This document shows positions 53,162 through 61,481 of a stretch of DNA of 64,000 nucleotides, piece after piece. The translations under genes and the position numbers were made by a program. The notes below the pieces were generated by a model. The model was not told the DNA's origin. It saw only the letters and a program-made list of their open reading frames with translations, and ran no database searches. Origin of the DNA: an uncultured Anaerolineales bacterium (lineage in GTDB: Bacteria; Chloroflexota; Anaerolineae; CG2-30-64-16); assembly GCA_964474695.1 (NCBI GenBank), contig CAYYTK010000017.1:25572-89571 (forward strand), read 5' to 3'. Within the stretch, counting starts at the first letter, position 1. The number at the start of each line of letters is the position of its first letter.

Positions 53162-56100
53162 ATGAATCAACTACCTGGTCACATCCACGATCTTTTCATA
53201 TCCTATGCTCGGGCTGACCTGGGCTGGGTATACGGTTACCTACTGCCAGCTCTCGGCCTGCCACCCGATCGCGTTGTAACCGCACAGGATTTTGCGCACG
53301 GCGTCTCAGTTGTATCTGAGTTCGAGCGGGCCGTTCAAGACAGCCGCTTTACAGTGTTGGTATATAGCCCTGCATTCCCTGCCAATGAATGGACTGACTT
53401 CAGCGAACAGTTGGCCTCTCATCTGAGCGTAGAGGAGCAACGCGAACGGGTCGTGCTGCTCCTCCTGCAACCTTGTGAAGTGCCCCTCAGACTGAAGCCG
53501 CGCCTCCACTTAGATTGCACCGAACCAGCAGACTGGGAGCAGCAGGTGGCCCAGCTGCGCCAGATGTTGACGCTCCCAGAGCCCAATCCCGAGGATATCC
53601 CGTGTCCCTATCCGGGCATGGCGCCATTTCGCCAAGAGGACGCTCAGCGCTTCTTTGGGCGAGAGGATGAGATTCAGGAGTTACGCCAGCGCCTGGATGA
53701 GCAGTCGTTGATACTGGTCATGGGCCCATCCGGGTCCGGCAAATCCTCACTGTTATCCGCGGGATTGATCCCCGCGCTCGACGAACGCTGGACTTGCATC
53801 ACGCTGCGGCCGGGGCCCAAACCGATTGACACACTGCAATCAACCATTGCTGAGGTCGAAGGTACTGACGAGCCTGTCGCTGATGGAATCGCGCCTCCAA
53901 AGCAGCCAGGCAAACGCGTTCTCTTGGTGGTGGATCAACTGGAGGAGTTGTTTGTTCAGGCGACCAAGGAGGACCAGGTAGCCTTCATCGACACCATCAG
54001 CAGGCTGCACCAACGCCGGGGCTGGGCGGTGATCCTTGCCCTGCGCGCTGACTTCTTCGACGATCTCATGAACAGCAAGCTGTGGCCGATAGCGCAGCCG
54101 CATCGGATGGAACTCACCCCGCTGCGTGGACAGGCCCTCCAGGTAGCCATTCAACGACCGGCGAATGATCTGAAGGTTCACCTGGAAGCCGGCCTCGTCG
54201 AGAGACTCATCGCCGATGCCGCCGATGAACCCGGCGCGCTCCCATTGCTGCAACAAACGATGGTATTACTGTGGGAAAAACGCCAGCGCCGCCTGCTGCC
54301 GCTGAACGCCTACCGGGCCATGGGCGACGGGCAGCGAAGCGGCTTGGCCACTGCGGTCACTACCAAGGCCGATGAAGCCCTCGCTCGGCTAACACCCGAA
54401 GACCAGGTGGTCGCGCAGCGCATCCTTGTGCGGCTGGTGCAGTTCGGCGAAGGCCGACCCGATACCCGACGGCAACAAGCCATCCCCGCGATCCTCGACG
54501 CAGATGGCGATCGTGATCGGGTACTGCGCGTGGTCCAGCACCTGGCCCAGTATCGCCTGTTGACCTTGGGCGAAAAAAACGGGGAACAACAAACAGTTGA
54601 CATCGCGCATGACGTGCTGATCACGAGCTGGCCGGCCTTCGGCGATTGGCTGAAACAGTGGCGCGCCGCCGAGCTGACGCGCCGCCGGCTGCAAACGAAG
54701 GCGGAAGAGTGGGATCGCTGGGTAGCATCAAAACAACCGAACGCCGGCTTGCTAGATGCAGCGGAACTCGCTGAGGCGGAGCAGTGGCTTGGCAGCGACG
54801 AGGCTTCAACTCTGGGGAGTAGCCGGACGCTGCAAACGCTGGTCAGTGTGAGCCGAGCCGCTATCAAGAAGAGTGCGCGCATCCGTGTCGGCGTGATCGG
54901 TGCCCTGATCACACTGCTCATCGCCGTGTTGGCCGCCATCACCATTGGGCAATCCCAGCTTGCAACCCAGCGCGGCCAGGCGGCTGCCACCGCGGAGAGC
55001 CTGGCGCAAGCCGAATCCTACGCGCGCGGCACTGCCGAACGCGAGGCCATAATCCGTACGACGGCGGAAGCGAATGCCCGGCGCTCTGCGCAGGCCGAAG
55101 CCACCGCGGCCGCAGACGCCAAACAGAAGCAGATGGAGGCCGAACGCGAGGTCGTCATCCGCACCACGGCAGAGGCGAATGCCCGGCGCTCTGCGCAGGC
55201 CGAAGCAACTGCAGCAGCTAATGCAAAACTAAAACAGGCTGAAGCCGAAGCTCAATCTCGTCGTGCTCTGGCCGAAAACCTAGCCGGGCAGAGCCAACTG
55301 CTCATTCGCGTGGACAACAGCCCGGGGGATCTTGCGCTAATTCTCGCCCGCGACGCCGCATTGACAGATGGTAGCGTCAACACCGACCAGGCACTACGCT
55401 TTGCTCTCGAAAGCACTCATCGGCAATGGTCTATCCGATCTACAAGCTATCGCCACGAAGGGGCGGTGTACTCGGTGGCCTTTGATCCCTTTGGCGAGAT
55501 GGTTGTCTCATGTGGGGCCGACGGAACCATTCGCTTCTGGCGCGGAGCTGCGCTCAAACCGTTGCCCTATTTATTTGGTCATGCGGGAGGCGTAAGGTCA
55601 GTGGCCTTCTCCCCGGACGGCAAACTCATCGTCTCGGGCGGCGAAGATGGTACGGTACGACTGTGGGATGTCCTCAAAGGCGAGCAACTCGCCCAACTCG
55701 ACGGTCATGGAGGGATCGTAAACTCGGTGGCCTTCAGCCCGGATGGCGAACGCATCATCTCGGGCGGCGAAGATGGCACAGTGCGGCTGTGGGATGCCAC
55801 CAGTGGCAAGCAATTGATTCTGATTAGCAGTCAGGAGAATATGGTATATTCGGTGGCCTTCAGCCCAGATGGCAAACGCATCGCCTGGAACAGCTACGAT
55901 GGAGTGCAATTGTCGGATGCCACCAGTGGCGAACAATTGGCTGAACTCGGCAGTCTTGCCGAGTGGATGAATTCGGTGGCCTTCAGCCCGGATGGCAAGC
56001 ACATCGTCTCAAACGGTAACGATGGAATGGAATTGTCGGATGCTACCAGTGGAGAACGATTGGTCCAAATCGGCCAACATGAGTTCAGCGTGCCTTCGCT

Positions 56101-58816
56101 GGCTTTTAGTCCGGATGGCAGACGCATCGTTTCGGGGAGTGACACTGTACGATTGTGGGATTCCACCACCGGTGAGCAACTAGCCCAACTCGATGGTCAT
56201 GCGGGGAGCGTCAATTCGGTGGCCTTCTCCCCGAACGGAGAGCGTATTGTTTCGGGCGGTCAAGATGGCACGGTGCGGCTGTGGGATGCAGTAACTGGCG
56301 AGCAACTAGTTCAACCCGATGGTCATGTGGGGAGCGTCAACTCGGTGGCCTTCTCCCCAGATGGCAATCGCATCGTCTCAGGTAGTGGTCACGTCGTCGG
56401 TAGTTCAGATAACACGGTGAGGCTGTGGGATGCAGCTAGTGGCGAACAACTGGTCCAACTCGCCGGCCATGAAGAGAGCGTGACTTCAGTGGCCTTCTCC
56501 CCGGACGGCATACGCATCGTCTCGGGCAGTCTAGACAACACAGTGCGGCTGTGGGATTCCGCCAGTGGCAAGCAATTGCTCCGACTCGACGGGCATTCAG
56601 ACTGGGTACATTCGGTGGCCTTCTCCCCGAACGGCAAGCGCATCGTCTCGGGCGGCGGAGATGGCACGGTGCGGCTGTGGGATTCCACCACTGGCGAGCA
56701 ACTCGCCCAACTCGACGGCCATGTGGGGAGCGCAAGATCGGTGACCTTCAGCCCTAACGGCGAACGCATCGTCTCGGGCGGCGACACAGTGCGACTATGG
56801 GATGCCACCACTGGCGAACAGCTAACCCTACTTGAGGGTCATGAGGCGGGAGTAGCCTCGGTGGCCTTCAGCCCGGATAGCAAACGTATCGTCTCGGGTA
56901 GTTGGGATGGCACAGTGCGGCTATGGGACTCCATCAATAGCAGGCAGTTGATCCAACTCGACACTCAGGGGGGGACCGTATGGTCAGTGGACTTCAGCCC
57001 AGATGGCAGATATATCGTCTCGGGCAGTGACGACGGAGCGGTGCGGCTGTGGGATGCCACCAGTGGCCAGCAATTGGCCAAAATCACCGGGCATGCGGAG
57101 AGCGTCAATTCGGTGGCCTTCAGCCCTAACGGCGAACGCATCGTCTCGGGCGGTGACACAGTGCGCCTGTGGGATGCCATCAGTAACGACGAACTGGTCC
57201 GACTCGACGGCCATATAGGGAGCGCCAAGTCGGTGGTTTTCAGCCCGGATGGCGAACGCATTGTGTCGGGTGGTGACACGGTGCGGCTATGGGATGCCAC
57301 TAGTGGCAAGCAACTCGTCCAACTCGACGGTCATGGAGGGATCGTAAACTCGGTGGCCTTCAGCCCGGACGGCGAACGCATCATCTCGGGCGGCGAAGAT
57401 GGCACAGCGCGGCTGTGGGATGTCACCAGTGGCAAGCAATTGATCCAACTCAGCGCTCAGATGGGTTGGGTATCTGTGGTGGCTTTCTCCCCGGATGGAA
57501 GACGTATCATCTCAGGCGGCCATGATGGCAAGGTGCAGTTGTGGGATGCCACCACTGGCGAACAACTCGCCCCACTTGCCGGTCATGTGGCGAGCGTAAA
57601 GATAGCGGTCTTTTCGCCGGATGGTGAACGCATCGCCTCGGCTGGTGGCAATGACACCGGCATTGTTGCCAACTCAGTGGTGCTTTGGAATACAACGACT
57701 GGCGAACGACTGGTCCAACTCGACAGTCGTGCAGGGAGAGTATACTCGCTCGCCTTCAGCCCAAATGGCGAACGCATTGTCTCTGGCGGCGGAGATGGCA
57801 CGGTGCGGTTGTGGGATGCCGTAACTGGCGAGCAGATGGCCCAACTCGATGGTCATACAGGGAGCGTATACTCAGTAGCCTTCAGCCCGAACGGCGAACG
57901 CATCATCTCGGGAGGCGAAGATGGCACAGTGCGGCTGTGGGATACTACTAGTGGCGAACAGCTAGCCCAACTCAACGGTCATACCGGCAGGGTTTGGACA
58001 GTGACTTTCTCCCCAGATGGTGAACGCATCGTCTCGGGCGGTGAAGACGGGGTGCGGCTGTGGGATGGGACACAACGAATCCTGCTCAGGGCAATTGCAC
58101 GTATTTCGCGACCCGCACCGATTTTGACTAGCGCAGAACGTAAGCGCTTTGGCATTGGCAGAGAGGTTAAATTGCCCGACCAGGAGATGCTAAGGCCTTT
58201 GCTGGTCCGCGCCCAGGCGCTGCGGCTGGTCGAGCAAGGACGTGAACTGGCGCGCACAGGCGCCGTAGCCGAAGCTGTCGTTCATTTCTACCAGGCGTTT
58301 GCCCTCGATCCTATGCTGGCTATCGAACCCAAAACACTCGCGCAACGGGTCTTGCGTAACCAGGTACGTTCACTGCTGTTCACCGGCCACAATCAGGCTC
58401 GACGAGGAGATATGACCGGTGCCATCACCAGATTCGAGGAAGCCACGATTCTGGATCCCAGCCTAACCACTAACCCTGATGCGGCTCAAGACTGGAACGG
58501 CCTTTGCCAGGCCGGCGTACTCTGGAACCAAGCGCCCCTCGTGCTGGATGCCTGCGATACAGCAGTCAGACTGGCCCCCAATGATCGCAACACTCGTGAC
58601 AGCCGTGGCGTAGCACGGGCGTTAGCGGGAAATATTCAGGGGGCCGTCGAGGATTTCGAGCTTGCTTTGGAGCAAGCGAAAGCAAAGGGAGAGTCTGATG
58701 GCTTTATTGCCTCGCGCTCAGCTTGGGTTAAAGCGTTGCAGGAAGGTCTAGACCCAGCGAGCATCTTTGATGAGGCGACGCTTGAGAAGCTAAGGAACGA
58801 GGATTCGGATTGGTAA
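53162..58816 (+). CDS. TIR - STAND (GPSGSGKSS) - single TM - Ala/Glu-rich repeat - ~21 x WD40 - TPR protein
   Basis: TIR: HDLFISYARADLGWVYGYLLPAL, VLVYSPAFPANEWTDFSEQLAS. Then CPYPGMAPFRQEDAQRFFGREDEI, VMGPSGSGKSSLLSAGL and LLVVDQLEE. TM: ARIRVGVIGALITLLIAVLAAITIG. About 21 blades of the type GHxGSVNSVAFSPDGERIVSGGEDGTVRLWD. The C-terminus has TPR-like helices. Confidence 0.9.
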   Translation: MNQLPGHIHDLFISYARADLGWVYGYLLPALGLPPDRVVTAQDFAHGVSVVSEFERAVQDSRFTVLVYSPAFPANEWTDFSEQLASHLSVEEQRERVVLLLLQPCEVPLRLKPRLHLDCTEPADWEQQVAQLRQMLTLPEPNPEDIPCPYPGMAPFRQEDAQRFFGREDEIQELRQRLDEQSLILVMGPSGSGKSSLLSAGLIPALDERWTCITLRPGPKPIDTLQSTIAEVEGTDEPVADGIAPPKQPGKRVLLVVDQLEELFVQATKEDQVAFIDTISRLHQRRGWAVILALRADFFDDLMNSKLWPIAQPHRMELTPLRGQALQVAIQRPANDLKVHLEAGLVERLIADAADEPGALPLLQQTMVLLWEKRQRRLLPLNAYRAMGDGQRSGLATAVTTKADEALARLTPEDQVVAQRILVRLVQFGEGRPDTRRQQAIPAILDADGDRDRVLRVVQHLAQYRLLTLGEKNGEQQTVDIAHDVLITSWPAFGDWLKQWRAAELTRRRLQTKAEEWDRWVASKQPNAGLLDAAELAEAEQWLGSDEASTLGSSRTLQTLVSVSRAAIKKSARIRVGVIGALITLLIAVLAAITIGQSQLATQRGQAAATAESLAQAESYARGTAEREAIIRTTAEANARRSAQAEATAAADAKQKQMEAEREVVIRTTAEANARRSAQAEATAAANAKLKQAEAEAQSRRALAENLAGQSQLLIRVDNSPGDLALILARDAALTDGSVNTDQALRFALESTHRQWSIRSTSYRHEGAVYSVAFDPFGEMVVSCGADGTIRFWRGAALKPLPYLFGHAGGVRSVAFSPDGKLIVSGGEDGTVRLWDVLKGEQLAQLDGHGGIVNSVAFSPDGERIISGGEDGTVRLWDATSGKQLILISSQENMVYSVAFSPDGKRIAWNSYDGVQLSDATSGEQLAELGSLAEWMNSVAFSPDGKHIVSNGNDGMELSDATSGERLVQIGQHEFSVPSLAFSPDGRRIVSGSDTVRLWDSTTGEQLAQLDGHAGSVNSVAFSPNGERIVSGGQDGTVRLWDAVTGEQLVQPDGHVGSVNSVAFSPDGNRIVSGSGHVVGSSDNTVRLWDAASGEQLVQLAGHEESVTSVAFSPDGIRIVSGSLDNTVRLWDSASGKQLLRLDGHSDWVHSVAFSPNGKRIVSGGGDGTVRLWDSTTGEQLAQLDGHVGSARSVTFSPNGERIVSGGDTVRLWDATTGEQLTLLEGHEAGVASVAFSPDSKRIVSGSWDGTVRLWDSINSRQLIQLDTQGGTVWSVDFSPDGRYIVSGSDDGAVRLWDATSGQQLAKITGHAESVNSVAFSPNGERIVSGGDTVRLWDAISNDELVRLDGHIGSAKSVVFSPDGERIVSGGDTVRLWDATSGKQLVQLDGHGGIVNSVAFSPDGERIISGGEDGTARLWDVTSGKQLIQLSAQMGWVSVVAFSPDGRRIISGGHDGKVQLWDATTGEQLAPLAGHVASVKIAVFSPDGERIASAGGNDTGIVANSVVLWNTTTGERLVQLDSRAGRVYSLAFSPNGERIVSGGGDGTVRLWDAVTGEQMAQLDGHTGSVYSVAFSPNGERIISGGEDGTVRLWDTTSGEQLAQLNGHTGRVWTVTFSPDGERIVSGGEDGVRLWDGTQRILLRAIARISRPAPILTSAERKRFGIGREVKLPDQEMLRPLLVRAQALRLVEQGRELARTGAVAEAVVHFYQAFALDPMLAIEPKTLAQRVLRNQVRSLLFTGHNQARRGDMTGAITRFEEATILDPSLTTNPDAAQDWNGLCQAGVLWNQAPLVLDACDTAVRLAPNDRNTRDSRGVARALAGNIQGAVEDFELALEQAKAKGESDGFIASRSAWVKALQEGLDPASIFDEATLEKLRNEDSDW
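55034..55243 (+). repeat. 2 x 105-nt in-frame tandem repeat (AEREAIIRTTAEANARRSAQAEATAAADAKQKQME / AEREVVIRTTAEANARRSAQAEATAAANAKLKQAE)
   Basis: Read from the DNA. A 32-nt identical core lies at 55070-55101 and 55175-55206. Confidence 0.85.
55449..58065 (+). repeat. coding tandem array of ~21 WD40 blades (126-nt and shortened 120-nt units) with near-identical distant copies
   Basis: Periodic SVAFSP(D/N)GERIVSGG units. 55693-55818 and 57319-57444 differ at only 3 of 126 nt (hand alignment). Confidence 0.9.
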
Positions 58817-58937
58817 AGCGTCACGTCTATGAGGGGTAAATACTGTTCCTGCACAGCATTGAGCATGCTATGAAACGGTTCAGTAAAGGCATCTGTTAAT
58901 GACTCCCGGCATCTCCAAAGCAAGTAGTTAGCATTCA

Positions 58938-60242
58938 GTGGTCCACCTAAGGAGCTATCCCTTGGCCAAAAACACAAGAATTATCTTCGCAGTGATCGCC
59001 TCCAGTATCCTGGCGCTTGCGGTTGGACTGCTGGCAAACATCGCGGCCGGCTACTTGGCGCCACAATTCGCCGAGCGGCCGTGGATCGTGTGGTTAGCGT
59101 TAGGAGTTACGTTTCTCCTCTCCTTGCCGCTGTCCGTCTACCTGTTCCTACGTGGCTCAGGAGATCCAGCCCACAAAGATGCTGGCGACCGCCAGGGACC
59201 AACCGTAGATACCACACCGCTTCCGCCCCGCCCTTACCTGCAATTTTTCGGTCGAGAGCCCATCATCGAAGAGGTTCTGGGGGCGCTGCGCGACCCCAGC
59301 GGCAAATGGGCTGTCGGCATCGATGGGATGGGAGGCATCGGAAAGACCTCGCTTGCCCGTGTGGTCGTAGATCGCAGTCTGGAAGAGAAGTTATTCGAAG
59401 TCGTAATCTGGGAGCCGCGTCCAGCGGGCATCTCCTTCGGTACGACCGCGCCGCTGAGTTGGCCCGATATCTTCGCCGCCATCGGACGACAGCTCGGGGC
59501 TCCTGATCTGCAAGGTTTGCCGGAATCAGAGCGGATTCCAAGACTTGGTACGCTGTTGAACCAACATAAAGCACTGCTTGTCCTAGACAACCTGGAGAGC
59601 GCGATACATAGCCAGGATGAGGTGGTGACCAGACTTCTGCCGTTGCTACAGCACAGCAAAGCGATACTCACCAGTCGCCGACGGTTCAAGGGCGATCTCT
59701 ACGCCGTACATCTCAAGGGCCTCAACGATGAAAGCGCCATGCTGTTGATCCGCTCCGAGGCGCAGCAAAAGGGAATCCAACGGGTAGCAGAGGCAGAGAG
59801 TGGCGAACTGCTCCTTGTCACGCATGCTACGGGCGGCTCGCCTCTGGCAATCAAGCTGACTGTAGGTCAGCTACAACACCTCCCACTGGAGCAAGTGTTG
59901 CGCTCACTAGCGGAAGTCGGAGGGGAGCCGACCGGCGATGCAGATGACGAGTACGTTAGGTTCTATAAGGGCATTTTCTGGAACTCCTGGAACCTGTTGT
60001 CGGAGGACGCCCAGCGGCTGTTGATCGCGATGGCTGTGTTTGCGCCGGGAATCGGTGGCACCTTCGATGCCATCCAGAGTACCAGCGGGATTGACCAGAG
60101 CCTACTGACGCGCAAGATCGATGAATTATGGCGTCTCTCCTTCCTTGAAGTTGGTCAGTCAACCCTGCAGAACACTCGATACTATCTGCACCCGCTGACG
60201 CAGTATTTCGTGGTGTCCGACATCGTCAACTCGCCAAAGTAG
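58938..60242 (+). CDS. membrane-anchored NB-ARC (STAND) ATPase, terminated by an in-frame amber codon
   Basis: Two N-terminal hydrophobic helices: IIFAVIASSILALAVGLLANIAAG and WIVWLALGVTFLLSLPLSVYLFL. Then FFGREPIIEEV, P-loop GIDGMGGIGKTSLARVV, Walker B LLVLDNLES, and GGSPLAIKL. A likelier start is TTG at 58962, with AAGGAG 7 nt upstream. Confidence 0.8.
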   Translation: MVHLRSYPLAKNTRIIFAVIASSILALAVGLLANIAAGYLAPQFAERPWIVWLALGVTFLLSLPLSVYLFLRGSGDPAHKDAGDRQGPTVDTTPLPPRPYLQFFGREPIIEEVLGALRDPSGKWAVGIDGMGGIGKTSLARVVVDRSLEEKLFEVVIWEPRPAGISFGTTAPLSWPDIFAAIGRQLGAPDLQGLPESERIPRLGTLLNQHKALLVLDNLESAIHSQDEVVTRLLPLLQHSKAILTSRRRFKGDLYAVHLKGLNDESAMLLIRSEAQQKGIQRVAEAESGELLLVTHATGGSPLAIKLTVGQLQHLPLEQVLRSLAEVGGEPTGDADDEYVRFYKGIFWNSWNLLSEDAQRLLIAMAVFAPGIGGTFDAIQSTSGIDQSLLTRKIDELWRLSFLEVGQSTLQNTRYYLHPLTQYFVVSDIVNSPK

Positions 60243-60281
60243 GCACCTCTATCCGGTGTTGCGACAGCGGAGTGTGAAGAA

Positions 60282-61481
60282 ATGACGTTTTCCAAGCTGC
60301 AGACTGCCAACGCGATCTACGCGGAGGCCCAGCATCGATTCGTCTCCTACTATGTGGGCTTGGCGGAGAAACAGCAGGCCGACCAGGTTGCTCAAGGCGA
60401 AGAGCTACCCAACCTTGTGGCATCGTTGAAGGCATGCCGTGAGCATCACTGGTGGCGGGAGCTGGGCCTAATTCTGCTGACAGTCGGCGGTGTACTGGTT
60501 GATCAAGGATTCTGGGAGCAATACCGTGAATGGCTGGAAGCAGCTCTGCAATCGCCCGAGATCGTGCGATCGCAAGCGGATCGCGAGCTTTACCTCGAGT
60601 TGCTGGATAGCTACGCAACTGCCATTAGCTCACACGGACATCCTGAACGCGCCCTGACGGTGTATCGCCAGATCATCGATCTCGCCCAGCAAAGCCAGAA
60701 GCTGGATGACGTACTGGCCAACGCCTACTACGGCCTGGGGACAACGCTTTTCATCTGCCGGCGGTCAGATGAAGCCAGGAGCGCCTGGAGGGAAGCGGTA
60801 GCCGTCGCCCATCGGATCGGCGATCAGACAATCCCCGCTACCGTGGAGTACTTCCTGACCGAGGGACAAAGCGATGCTGACATCTTGCGTTCCCTCCCAA
60901 AGGCATCCGCAGGGCCGTTGGCGAAACTGAGCGGATGGCGACACTACGCCGAGGGGCAACTTCGGGCGTCCAGACTGGTGCGCGCGGAAAGGTACGCCGA
61001 GGCACAGGTAGCCTATCAGCAGCTGGTGGTCCAGGCCGAGGAACTCAACGAACTGCATGGTCTCGCCATTGCGCTGTTTCATCTGGGTCAAATCGCGGCG
61101 CTCACAGGCAAAGAAGAGGACGCGCTTCAGCTTCTGCATCGGAGTGAGAAAATCGCTGCCCAGATGAACGACCACGTTGGGTTGGCACTGATCTATTCGT
61201 CGTTGGGCTTGATACACTTGAAGCGAAATCGCTTCGATCTCGGTCGGCCCTACCTGGAGGAGAGCGTGCGACTGGAGCGGGAGTACGGCGAGACATCAGC
61301 GCTGGCTGAAGACCTGTACTGGCTCGGCTATGCACTTGCCAATACGGGCGATCTGGAACGAGGACAAACATGCTTTCAGGAGGCAAAGACGCTCTTCGCA
61401 AAGACCGACCAGACGCGAGTAGAGGATGTGGAAAATGCGATCAGTCGGCTGCGCGCAGTAATCGGCGCGTCAACGCTATGA
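60282..61481 (+). CDS. TPR-repeat protein (probably the sensor arm of the preceding NB-ARC)
   Basis: It is in the same frame as the preceding ORF and separated from it only by TAG (60240-60242) plus 13 sense codons. HRFVSYYVGLAE..LPNLVASLKAC is the usual post-winged-helix segment of NB-ARC-TPR proteins. Multiple TPR-like A..Y..LG motifs follow. Confidence 0.75.
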   Translation: MTFSKLQTANAIYAEAQHRFVSYYVGLAEKQQADQVAQGEELPNLVASLKACREHHWWRELGLILLTVGGVLVDQGFWEQYREWLEAALQSPEIVRSQADRELYLELLDSYATAISSHGHPERALTVYRQIIDLAQQSQKLDDVLANAYYGLGTTLFICRRSDEARSAWREAVAVAHRIGDQTIPATVEYFLTEGQSDADILRSLPKASAGPLAKLSGWRHYAEGQLRASRLVRAERYAEAQVAYQQLVVQAEELNELHGLAIALFHLGQIAALTGKEEDALQLLHRSEKIAAQMNDHVGLALIYSSLGLIHLKRNRFDLGRPYLEESVRLEREYGETSALAEDLYWLGYALANTGDLERGQTCFQEAKTLFAKTDQTRVEDVENAISRLRAVIGASTL

